From Polyangiales bacterium (GTDB taxonomy: Bacteria; Myxococcota_A; Polyangia; Polyangiales; Polyangiaceae), in assembly GCA_038230375.1 (NCBI GenBank), contig JBBRNJ010000061.1, forward strand, positions 1 to 56,056: DNA of 56,056 nt. The letters run 5' to 3'. Positions 18,667 through 27,267 of the stretch are shown one piece after another. The notes below the pieces were generated by a model, which was not told the origin of the DNA, searched no databases, and saw nothing but the letters and a program-made list of their open reading frames with translations. The position numbers and the translations under genes were made by a program. Each line of letters opens with the position of its first letter. Within the stretch, counting starts at the first letter, position 1.

Positions 18667-21600
18667 GTGAGCGAAAAACTGCCGGCTGATGACGAGCGCG
18701 AGACGGACGCGGCGGACGCGCCCACGGCTCCTCGCGTGCCGCGTCCACGGTTGAAGCTGAACCTGCAGCCAGGCACCGTGCTTGACCGGTACGTCATCGT
18801 CGAAGCGCTGGGCAGCGGCGGCATGGGCGCCGTGATGCTGGCGTACGACACCATCCTCTCGCGTCGCGTCGCGATCAAGGTCCTCCATACCGAGGCGGTA
18901 TCAGAGGACGCGCGCTCGCGCATGCAGCGCGAAGCGCAGGCGATGGCGCAGCTGTCGCACCCGAACGTCGTCGCCATCTACGACGTGGGCGCACACCAGG
19001 GCAATCTGTACCTGGCGCTCGAGTACATCGAAGGCGACACGTTGCGCACGTGGCTGAAGGAGCCACGCACCTGGCAAGAGGTCCTGCAGGTGATGAAGGG
19101 CGCGGCGCAAGGGCTTGCGGCCGCGCACGCAGGGGGCATCATCCATCGCGATTTCAAGCCCTCCAACGTGGTCGTGGCGACAGACGGACGCGTCTGCGTT
19201 CTCGACTTCGGCATCGCCAGCGCGGCCACCCATCCTCAGGGATCGCCGCTTTCGACGCGCTCGGGTGGGTACGCCGCGCTCGGCTCCGGGCGCATCTCGA
19301 ATCCCCCGTCCAACCCATCGAGCCGGCCGTCGAATCCGCCGTCGAACCCCTCCCACACGCCGACGTCGCCGCCGAACCTGCGGCTCCCGTCCGGTGGAAC
19401 GCTGAACCCGCGGGAGATCGTCGCCAGCATCACGCAGTCTTCGCCCCCCACGCCTATGACGCCGGGCCGGAGCGCAACACCCAGCTCACCTCCGAGCGTT
19501 GGCGGCGACAGCGGACCGTCGTCCTCGCTCTTCGACGAGAAGCTGACCGAGACCGGCGCGATCGTCGGCACGGCCGGATACTTCGCGCCAGAGACGGTGC
19601 TCGAGCACCGCGCCGATGCCCGCAGCGACATCTGGAGCTTCTGCGTGACGTTCTGGCGGGCGCTCTACGGCGAGCCACCGTTTCCCACGGAGCTCGCGCT
19701 TTACCTGAACGCGCTCACGACCGGCGCCGCGCGCAAGCGACCAAAGAAGGCCAATGTGCCTGCGTGGCTGCATCGCATCGTGGAGCGTGGCCTTGCGGTG
19801 AACCCCGACGAGCGGTTCTCCTCGATGGAGGAGCTCATCTTCGAGCTCTCGCGTTCACGGGCAAAGCGCCGGACCCGTATCGTCGCCGCGGTCGTCGCCG
19901 CGCTGCTCGTCGTGCTCGCGGCGACGACGCTGGGCGCGCGCCGCATGCAGAGGGAGCGCGCCATCGCGGACGCATGCGCGCACGGCGAAACCATCATGGG
20001 CCAGAGCTGGAGCGCGGAGCACCGCGCGCGCGTGCGAACCGCGCTGCTGGCGTCGCATGCAGCCGGCGCGACCGACGCGGCCGATCGCACGGTCAAGAAC
20101 CTGGACGACTACGCGAAGGCGTGGACGTCGGTCTACCGCGAGGCAAGCGAGGCGACGCTCGTGACGAAGGCGGAGAGCGATCGCACGCTCGACGCGCGAC
20201 TCGCGTGCCTGGACCTGGAGCAGGCGAAGCTGGACGCCCTTGTCGCCGAGTTCGAGGGCGCCGACGCCACGCTAGGCGCGCAGGCCGTCGCCGTCACGTA
20301 CCAGCTGGGCGCACCGAAGCGATGCCTGGACCCGAGCGTGCTTCGCAGCGCGAAGTCTGGCCAGACGCCCGACGCGCACGCCCGCGAGGTGGGGTGGCGT
20401 CGTGAGCTGGCGCGCGCCGAGGCGCTCGACGTCGCGGGAAAGTTCGACGCTGCGGAGGCCGCCGCGAACCACGTGCTCGAAGGCGCGCGTGCCGTCGGTG
20501 ATCGCGGAACGACGGCGCTGGCGCTGAAGCGCCTGGCGGAGGTCGCTGACGAGCGCGATCACGGCAGCGACGCCCTCGAGCTCTACACGCAGTCTGCTGC
20601 CGCAGCAGAGGCTGCCGGTGACGAGACCCTCGCCGTCGAGATGACCGCGAAGATCGGCGTGATGACGGGCGACCGCCTGAATCGACCCAAGGACGCGTTG
20701 CCGTGGATCGCGCTCGCGAAGGGGATGTTCGAGCGACTGGGCGCGAACGAGGCGCTCGAGTGGGAGGTGCTGAAGGCGGAGCTCATCGTGATCGGTGACA
20801 ACGACCGCCTCGAGGAGAGCCTCGCGCGCTATCCGCGCCTCATTGCTCTGTCCGAGCGCGTGTTCGGCCCCGACCACCCACGCACCGCGACCGCGCTCTC
20901 GAACTACGGCTACGACCTGGCCGACAGCGGCCGCTACGACGAGTCGATCGCCGCGTACGAGCGCGGGACCGGGATCCTGGAAAAGGCCTGGGGTGAGAGC
21001 AACCCGAACCTGGCCCTGTTCTTCACCAACTACGCTCACTTCCTTGCGCGCGGCGGCCGCACCGCCCTCGCGTTCAGGACGTACGACCGCGCACTCGCGC
21101 TGAATGCACCCTTCGGCGAGAACCGGATGACCGCCGAGATCCTCGGCAAGAAGGCGACGCTCTCCCTCCGAAGGCGCGACTACGCAAACGTGGACCCCGC
21201 GACCAAGCGCGGCATCATCGTCGCCGAGGGCGTCGGCAAGGACGCGGACATCGACCTCGCGCGCCTCCTGGTCGTGCAGGGCCTCACGACGCTGGGAAGA
21301 CGCGGCGCAGAGGGTGCGCGCGAAGCGAACGCGCTGTGCACGCGCGCGCTCCCGCTGCTCGAGCCGCTCGACGGTTCGGGCAACTTCCGGGCAGACGTCC
21401 TGCGATGTCTGGCCGAGTCCCAGCTGGCGAGCGGCGACCCCGGCGCCGCAATCACATCTCTCGAGCGCGACGAGCAGCTCGTGCGCCACGAGTGGCCCGG
21501 CGATCTCGCCCTGGTTCGGTTCGATCTTGCGCGCGCCCTGACCGCCGCGCACCGCGACCCCGTGCATGCGCATGCGCTCGCGATCGCCGCACGTGATGAC

Positions 21601-21678
21601 CTGCTGAAGGTGCCGCAGCTCGATATGGACCTTGCCGACGTGACGCAGTGGCTCGCAGCCCACCGCGAGCAACCCTGA
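18667..21678 (+). CDS. Membrane Ser/Thr protein kinase with C-terminal TPR repeats
   Basis: LGSGGMG, VAIK, HPNVV, IHRDFKPSN, DFG, APE, DIWSF; TM after RAKRRTR; TPRs (FGPDHPRTATALSNYG..GRYDESI). Confidence 0.95.
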   Translation: MSEKLPADDERETDAADAPTAPRVPRPRLKLNLQPGTVLDRYVIVEALGSGGMGAVMLAYDTILSRRVAIKVLHTEAVSEDARSRMQREAQAMAQLSHPNVVAIYDVGAHQGNLYLALEYIEGDTLRTWLKEPRTWQEVLQVMKGAAQGLAAAHAGGIIHRDFKPSNVVVATDGRVCVLDFGIASAATHPQGSPLSTRSGGYAALGSGRISNPPSNPSSRPSNPPSNPSHTPTSPPNLRLPSGGTLNPREIVASITQSSPPTPMTPGRSATPSSPPSVGGDSGPSSSLFDEKLTETGAIVGTAGYFAPETVLEHRADARSDIWSFCVTFWRALYGEPPFPTELALYLNALTTGAARKRPKKANVPAWLHRIVERGLAVNPDERFSSMEELIFELSRSRAKRRTRIVAAVVAALLVVLAATTLGARRMQRERAIADACAHGETIMGQSWSAEHRARVRTALLASHAAGATDAADRTVKNLDDYAKAWTSVYREASEATLVTKAESDRTLDARLACLDLEQAKLDALVAEFEGADATLGAQAVAVTYQLGAPKRCLDPSVLRSAKSGQTPDAHAREVGWRRELARAEALDVAGKFDAAEAAANHVLEGARAVGDRGTTALALKRLAEVADERDHGSDALELYTQSAAAAEAAGDETLAVEMTAKIGVMTGDRLNRPKDALPWIALAKGMFERLGANEALEWEVLKAELIVIGDNDRLEESLARYPRLIALSERVFGPDHPRTATALSNYGYDLADSGRYDESIAAYERGTGILEKAWGESNPNLALFFTNYAHFLARGGRTALAFRTYDRALALNAPFGENRMTAEILGKKATLSLRRRDYANVDPATKRGIIVAEGVGKDADIDLARLLVVQGLTTLGRRGAEGAREANALCTRALPLLEPLDGSGNFRADVLRCLAESQLASGDPGAAITSLERDEQLVRHEWPGDLALVRFDLARALTAAHRDPVHAHALAIAARDDLLKVPQLDMDLADVTQWLAAHREQP

Positions 21679-21694
21679 GTGACGCGGCAGGTAT

Positions 21695-21711
21695 CTCGTC
21701 GTAGCGACGAG
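21695..21711. terminator. GC hairpin downstream of the kinase stop
   Basis: CTCGTCG-TAG-CGACGAG; no U tract. Confidence 0.3.
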
Positions 21712-21776
21712 CGCGCGTGACCGAAATGGGCGCGCAAGGCATTTTCGCCCCACGACACTGGCGCGCAAGCGCGTAT

Positions 21777-21791
21777 TGGCGCCGATAGTGC
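21777..21791 (+). promoter_or_regulatory. Candidate sigma-54 (-24/-12) promoter
   Basis: TGGCGCCGATAGTGC has GG-N10-GC spacing, 40 nt upstream of ATG 21832; GGCGCGCAAG occurs twice just upstream. Confidence 0.4.
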
Positions 21792-21831
21792 GACAATACC
21801 GGTTGGAACAGCCCATGCACCGACACCCAGC

Positions 21832-22161
21832 ATGGACGCCTGTCGACACCTCATCGGGATCTCTGCTCTGGCCCTCGCGCTCGTGCTCCCCAACATGGGC
21901 TGCGCCGCCGAAGTAACCAGTGGTGAACCCGAGCCGACAGCCGCACCCGCCGCACCGGCCGCACCGGCCGCCGCCGCCGCCACACCGACGCGTGCGCTGG
22001 GTGAGCGCTGCTGGACGAGCGGCGCACCGCCGTGCGCGGAGGGCCTCGTGTGTGGTCCGGACCCGGCGTTTGCAGTCGCTCCCGCCGCTGACGACACCGA
22101 GCCGTTTGCCGGCGATCCCGGGGTGCGCCCGTGGATCTGTCAGGCAGCTCGCCTCCGGTAA
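21832..22161 (+). CDS. Small Cys-containing lipoprotein
   Basis: Signal ending NMGC, PAAPAAP linker, LGERC..C..GLVC..WIC module. Confidence 0.7.
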   Translation: MDACRHLIGISALALALVLPNMGCAAEVTSGEPEPTAAPAAPAAPAAAAATPTRALGERCWTSGAPPCAEGLVCGPDPAFAVAPAADDTEPFAGDPGVRPWICQAARLR

Positions 22162-22185
22162 CAATGCTACTCTTCGCGGAGGCCG

Positions 22186-23787
22186 ATGAGCGTCCCCCGC
22201 TGGATTACGCACGTACCGTTCGTGCTCGCTCTCACCGCTGCAGCCGCCTGCGGTCACTCGTCGCAGGGTGATTCCGGTGCGCTGACAGGCCCACCCGACG
22301 CGGGCGTCGACAGTGTTGACGAAGCCGGCCTCCGCGGCCCGCTCACGTCGGTCCTCATGCATCACGCCCACCCGTCACGCGACGGCGCCTACGTCGATCC
22401 GCAGATCACGCGGGCGAGCGCGGCGAACGTCCACCTGGATTCCAGCTTCCACGCAACGATCGACGGAGTCGTCTACGCGCAGACGTTGTTCGTCAAGAGC
22501 GGACCGGGCCGCAAGCCGACCGTCATCGTGGTCACGGAGAAGAACACCGTCTACGCGCTCGACCTGCTCTCCGGCGCGACGCTCTTCTCCGTGGTGCTCG
22601 GGACCCCGGTTTCCGAGGCCGTCGTCAAGCACTGGGCCCCCGGCAACGCGTCGAGCGATCCGGTGGGCATCACGAGCACCCCCGTCATCGACGAGGCCGC
22701 GCGCAAGATCTACATCGCAGCGATGACCACGCCAGATCCTTCGGGCTTCACCATGGAGCAGAAGCTCTTCGCGATCTCACTCGACAACGGCGCGCCGGCC
22801 ACTGGATTTCCGGTCGACATGAACAAGAGCCTGCCCGGCTTCGACTCCTCCGTGCAGAACCAGCGCGGCGCTCTCGGCCTCGTCGCTGGCGTGGTGTACG
22901 TGCCCTACGGCGGCTTCAGCGGCGACGGCGGCAACTACCATGGCTGGCTCGTCGGTATCGACGCGGCGACCGGCGCGATCAAGAACCACTACGTGACGCC
23001 AGCGGCGCGGGGCGGATCCTGGGGGCCGAGCGGCGTCGCATCCGACGGCACCAGGCTCTACATCTCGACGGGCAACACCCAGGGTGTCACGACGTGGGGC
23101 GGCGGTGAAGCGGTGCTGAGCTTCGGCGCGGGTCCCGTCTTCTCGGGGATGACGACCGACTACTTCGTGCCGTCCAACTGGCAAGCGCTCGATTCGACCG
23201 ACCTCGACGTGGGCGGGTCAGGCGTGATCCTGGTCGACCTGCCTGGCGCGACGCCATCGAAGCTCGCTGCGGCGTTCGGAAAGAACGGCGTCGCCTACGT
23301 GCTCGATCGCGGCAACCTGGGCGGGCTGGGTAAGGGCGACGGAGCCATCGGTGAGGGGCTCTGGAGCGGTCAGGTCGCGGACGCGATCGCCACGGTGCCC
23401 TCGACCTACAAGACGGCGAAGGGCACGTACATGGTGCTGAACTCCTACACGGCCGGCGTTGGATGTCCGGCTGGTCAATCGGGAACGCTCAACGCGATGC
23501 TTCTCGCTGCGGGGCCTCCGGTGAGCGCAAAGGTCGTGTGGTGCAGTGAGCCCGGTGGGCGAGGCGGCCCGATCGCGACGACGACCGACGGCACCTCCGA
23601 GCCGGTCGTGTGGGTGGTTGGGTCGCAGGGCGACAACGCGCTTCACGCCTTCGACGGCGACACGGGCGCCACGATCGCGGTCACACCGGGGGTGGCGAAC
23701 ATCAACCGCTGGATCGCGCCGATCGTCGTCGACGGCCGTTTGATCGTGGCAGGCGACAATGCGGTCTACGCGTTCACCGCGCGCTGA
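22186..23787 (+). CDS. PQQ-repeat-like beta-propeller lipoprotein
   Basis: AAAC lipobox; SVLMHH..SRDG, VYAQTL, NTVYALD..G, GITSTPVID, QNQRGAL, YHGWL, D.DVGGSG, LHAFDGDTG, APIVVDGRL; GGAGG SD. Confidence 0.85.
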   Translation: MSVPRWITHVPFVLALTAAAACGHSSQGDSGALTGPPDAGVDSVDEAGLRGPLTSVLMHHAHPSRDGAYVDPQITRASAANVHLDSSFHATIDGVVYAQTLFVKSGPGRKPTVIVVTEKNTVYALDLLSGATLFSVVLGTPVSEAVVKHWAPGNASSDPVGITSTPVIDEAARKIYIAAMTTPDPSGFTMEQKLFAISLDNGAPATGFPVDMNKSLPGFDSSVQNQRGALGLVAGVVYVPYGGFSGDGGNYHGWLVGIDAATGAIKNHYVTPAARGGSWGPSGVASDGTRLYISTGNTQGVTTWGGGEAVLSFGAGPVFSGMTTDYFVPSNWQALDSTDLDVGGSGVILVDLPGATPSKLAAAFGKNGVAYVLDRGNLGGLGKGDGAIGEGLWSGQVADAIATVPSTYKTAKGTYMVLNSYTAGVGCPAGQSGTLNAMLLAAGPPVSAKVVWCSEPGGRGGPIATTTDGTSEPVVWVVGSQGDNALHAFDGDTGATIAVTPGVANINRWIAPIVVDGRLIVAGDNAVYAFTAR

Positions 23788-23790
23788 TGG

Positions 23791-24588
23791 CTACTTCTCT
23801 CCGCCGCCGTCTGCACCGGCGTCTCGGGGCGCAGACTTCTTCAGGGGGATCGTCCACAGGTAGATGTCGTGCGTGCGCTCCTTGTAGTTCTTCTTGTCCT
23901 CGGGCACGGCGCCGCCCTTGTATGCACTGTAGCCTTCGTCATTCACGAACTCCGGCGCAGTGATCTTCCAGTGACCGTCGGGGGTCACGCCCGCCATGTC
24001 GAAGTCGTGCGAGACGATGCGCGAACCCGGCTTCAGTTTTTCGAGCTGTGGGATGAGCCGCACGTTGATCTCGGGCAAGAGGTACAGCGTGACGACGGAC
24101 GCTGGCGAGAGGTCAACGGAGAAGACATTCTCCCTCCGGATCGATACCGCCGCCTGGACACCTGCGCGCTGTACGTTGGCCAGCGCCTCCGTCACGCGAT
24201 CTGGATCCAGGTCGAAGCCGATCCCGTGCGCGCCCAGGCTCTTCGCGGCCGTGACCACGATGCGCCCGTCGCCGCAGCCCAGGTCGTATACGACGTCGTT
24301 CCGCGTGACCTTCGCGACCTCGAGCATCTTGTCGACGACCTTCTGCGGCGTGGGAACATAGATGATATCGAGCGATACGCCCGCGTCGCCAGCGGTGCCC
24401 GCGTCCGCAGGTGCAGCGGCGGTCGCTGACGAAGCCGTGCTCGGAGCGCTCGCGATGGTCGCGACGCTCGACGACGCGGGTGCAGAGCCGACCGGCGCGT
24501 CGGGCGAGCTCGGCGAGGGCGCCGGTGTACAAGAGGCGAAGAAAAACAGGTACGGCGCGATCGCGACCGCAAGGCGTGCTCTGGACAT
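23791..24588 (-). CDS. Class I SAM methyltransferase (FAM173/aKMT-like) with lipoprotein signal
   Basis: FFFASC lipobox + S/A/P linker; YVPTPQKVV, VYDLGCGDGRIV, GFDLD, VVTLYLLP..N..L, LKPGSRIVSHDF. Confidence 0.88.
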   Translation of the reverse strand: MSRARLAVAIAPYLFFFASCTPAPSPSSPDAPVGSAPASSSVATIASAPSTASSATAAAPADAGTAGDAGVSLDIIYVPTPQKVVDKMLEVAKVTRNDVVYDLGCGDGRIVVTAAKSLGAHGIGFDLDPDRVTEALANVQRAGVQAAVSIRRENVFSVDLSPASVVTLYLLPEINVRLIPQLEKLKPGSRIVSHDFDMAGVTPDGHWKITAPEFVNDEGYSAYKGGAVPEDKKNYKERTHDIYLWTIPLKKSAPRDAGADGGGEK

Positions 24589-24621
24589 GGCGCGATGCTA
24601 GACGAACCTCGGGCAAGGCGG

Positions 24622-25404
24622 CTAGTCAAAGGCCGCTGCCAGGAGCAACACCGCCATCACGAAGCCCATCACGTCGGGGCGCGCGGCGAGGTCGAATGTG
24701 AGGTGCATGAACAGCGCAGCGAAGAAGGCGGCGCGACGTGTTCGTTTCCACAGGAGCAGCGGGCCGAGCGCGAGCTCCGAAAGGGCCACGCCGAAGGCTG
24801 CCGCGACGCGTAGCTGCGGATGTCCGAGCAGGAGATGGGCGAACCACGGCGACAGGAGTGAGTCCTCTGCGAGCGCGGCGAGCGTGTCGCCGGAGAGCCA
24901 CTCGCGGTGGAGCTTCGCGAGCGCCGACCACACGTAGATGGACGCCACGAAGATCTGGACGAGGCGCGCGCTCGCTGCGCGGCCGACCGCGCGCTCTGGG
25001 ACCAGCGCGAGCTCGCTCGTGGCGTCCCCGAGGGCCAGCATCGCGGTGCCAAGGAAGAGCGTGTGCAACGTGAAGATGAAGCCGAAAGGATCCTGGGATA
25101 GCGAAAGGAAGCCGCACGCAGCGGCGACCAGGCCCGCCACCCGCGCGCGCACGCCCAGGAGAAAGAGCAGCGCGGCAGCGGTACGGACGATGACCACGCC
25201 GATGCGCACGGAGTCGGGCAGCACGAGCCCGCCCCACGCGAACGCGAATCCCGGCTCGGGCCAGCCGTAGAGCGGCCCACGCACGTGCGCGAGCGGGATG
25301 GGCAGGAGGTTCGACAGTGCCGTCGTGCGAGCGAGGAGGATGCCGCCCAGCGCGATGCGCGCGAGCCCCAGGCTGGAGCCGCGCACCGAGGTCAGCGCGC
25401 GCAC
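24622..25404 (-). CDS. HTTM domain (vitamin K-dependent carboxylase/SdpB-like) membrane protein
   Basis: LGLARIALG, LLGVRAR, IYVWSALAKLHREWLSG (family pattern Y..AG.AKL..DWL.G), ELALGPLLLWKRTR, FMH. Confidence 0.85.
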   Translation of the reverse strand: MRALTSVRGSSLGLARIALGGILLARTTALSNLLPIPLAHVRGPLYGWPEPGFAFAWGGLVLPDSVRIGVVIVRTAAALLFLLGVRARVAGLVAAACGFLSLSQDPFGFIFTLHTLFLGTAMLALGDATSELALVPERAVGRAASARLVQIFVASIYVWSALAKLHREWLSGDTLAALAEDSLLSPWFAHLLLGHPQLRVAAAFGVALSELALGPLLLWKRTRRAAFFAALFMHLTFDLAARPDVMGFVMAVLLLAAAFD

Positions 25405-25790
25405 GTGGCGTGCTCCGTGCGGGCTCGCTCGGGACCGGATGCCCCGTCGCGCATCACGAGCGTCACAAGGACAGCAGCGGGACGCCGCTCATCTGCTTCA
25501 CACGAGAGCCGTGCGACCTCCGCAAGATGGCTCTCGAGCGCACCCACGCCATACGTCCGCCGGAAGTGATCTGAGCCTGTGAAGAAGGGCGCGGCGCTTC
25601 CACCGACCCTGCTCGCGAGCATCGACGGAGCAACCGCGTGACGACGCCCGCCAGCGTCCACGCCCACGATCTCGAGCCGGAACCAGACGCTGCGCGCGTA
25701 CATCGTGTACGCGAGACCACCGCCGCCGAGCGACGCCAGGGCGGGCAGCAGGATCGCGAACACAGCGGCTAGCCGTTGGAAGAGCTGCAC
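25392..25790 (-). CDS. Small exported partner of the HTTM protein
   Basis: N-terminal hydrophobic helix, GLAYTMYA..FRLEIV..D.GG....VAP, two Cys (LSCE, TCAR); overlaps the HTTM start by 13 nt; TAGGCT 6 nt upstream. Confidence 0.75.
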   Translation of the reverse strand: MQLFQRLAAVFAILLPALASLGGGGLAYTMYARSVWFRLEIVGVDAGGRRHAVAPSMLASRVGGSAAPFFTGSDHFRRTYGVGALESHLAEVARLSCEADERRPAAVLVTLVMRDGASGPERARTEHATCAR

Positions 25791-25859
25791 GAGCGGAGCC
25801 TAGCCGACGAACGATTTCATGACGAACCAGCTCGACCCATCCCAAGAGAGGCCAAGACC

Positions 25860-26318
25860 ATGTCGAAATCCCCGGTTTTTTTGCCGATCTCCGCTGCTTT
25901 CGGCGCATTCGCGCTCTCGTCCGTCCTCGTCGGCGCGGCATGCGGGGGCATCGAACTGAAGAACGTCGGCGCGGACGCCTCGACAGCCAAGGACGCCGGA
26001 TCCTGGGCCGGCTCCGACGGGGCCGGCGATCCGACGTGGCCCGACACCTTCGACGGCTCCGTCATCGACACGCCTCACCCCGACGGCGGCCCGATCCCGA
26101 AGAGCGCTTGTGACGACGCCGGAACGAGCGAAGCCGGAGTGGAATGCCCACTTCCGGCCTCGTTCTGCATCGATGATCACTGGGAGCGCTACTACTATGG
26201 CGGCTACTGCTCCGACGCAGGTGTGTGCGAGTTCCAGGCAACCGACATCCACTGCGATTCGTCGGGAACGCCACCGGACTGCTACCAGGGCGGCTGCCGC
26301 GTGGTCATCGTCCGTTAG
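25860..26318 (+). CDS. Acidic Cys-rich lipoprotein
   Basis: GAGAGG SD, signal ending GAAC, DAG/DGG linker, 8-Cys C-terminal domain. Confidence 0.8.
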   Translation: MSKSPVFLPISAAFGAFALSSVLVGAACGGIELKNVGADASTAKDAGSWAGSDGAGDPTWPDTFDGSVIDTPHPDGGPIPKSACDDAGTSEAGVECPLPASFCIDDHWERYYYGGYCSDAGVCEFQATDIHCDSSGTPPDCYQGGCRVVIVR

Positions 26319-26358
26319 GGCGCTTCTCGTCACTGCCGGTTCCGGTAGCATCGGCTCC

Positions 26359-27267
26359 ATGAGAGAAGCTTCGAAGAGAGATCGCGCAGTGGCCGGCAGG
26401 ACGGCGATCATCACCGGTGGGGCCTCCGGCATCGGCAAGGCGCTGGGAACCGCGCTGTCTCTCGCCGGGGCGGACGTCGTGATCGCAGATCGGCAAGCGA
26501 GCGTCGCGGAGGAGGTCGCCAGAGAGCTGCGCGATGCCGGTCGCCTCGCGACGGCCGCCGAGCTGGACGTGCGCGACTTCCCGCAGATGCAAGCCCTCGT
26601 CGACGAGACCGCCGCGCGCACCGGCAAGGTAGACATGTTCTTCAACAATGCTGGCATCGGCGTGGGTGGAGAGATGGACGACTACGTTCGCGCGGACTGG
26701 GACGATGTGATCGACGTGAATCTGCGCGGCGTCGCGTACGGCGTCCAGGCGGTCTATCCACGCATGGTGCGTCAGGGCTTCGGCCACATCATCAACACCG
26801 CGTCGATGGCAGGGCTCGTGGCCGCTGCCGGCGAGGGTAGTTACACGGCGGCGAAGCACGGCGTCGTCGGCCTCTCGAAGTCCCTGCGCATAGAGGCGCG
26901 AAGGCACGGCGTCCGTGTCTCGGTGCTCTGCCCCGGCGCAATCCGGACGCCGATCCTCTCCGGCGGGAAATTCGGCAGGCTCAACTTCGAGGGCGTGAGC
27001 CAGGAGCAGATCCTGAAGATGTGGGCGGCGCTCCGCCCGATGGACGTTGACGCGTTCGCGCGACGTGCGCTCGATCGGATCCACGCGAACGAAGCGATCA
27101 TCGTGGTGCCAGGATGGTGGAAAGCGTTCTGGTACATGGAGCGCGTTTCACCGACCCTGAGCTTCCGCGTCTGGGAGCTGATACTCGGCAAGATGCGCAG
27201 CGACATCAAGGCCGCCGGCGGCAGCCCCCGACCTGGGAATGCTACCGAAGACAATGCTCGCGCCTGA
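26359..27267 (+). CDS. Short-chain dehydrogenase/reductase
   Basis: ITGGASGIG, NNAG, NTASMAG, YTAAKHG, VLCPG. Confidence 0.95.
   Translation: MREASKRDRAVAGRTAIITGGASGIGKALGTALSLAGADVVIADRQASVAEEVARELRDAGRLATAAELDVRDFPQMQALVDETAARTGKVDMFFNNAGIGVGGEMDDYVRADWDDVIDVNLRGVAYGVQAVYPRMVRQGFGHIINTASMAGLVAAAGEGSYTAAKHGVVGLSKSLRIEARRHGVRVSVLCPGAIRTPILSGGKFGRLNFEGVSQEQILKMWAALRPMDVDAFARRALDRIHANEAIIVVPGWWKAFWYMERVSPTLSFRVWELILGKMRSDIKAAGGSPRPGNATEDNARA

Noticed and set aside
25860..26318. Classical RiPP precursor (leader/core) interpretation
   Set aside because: It has a lipobox and a folded Cys domain, and there is no RRE, peptidase or transporter gene nearby; kept only as a possible modification substrate.
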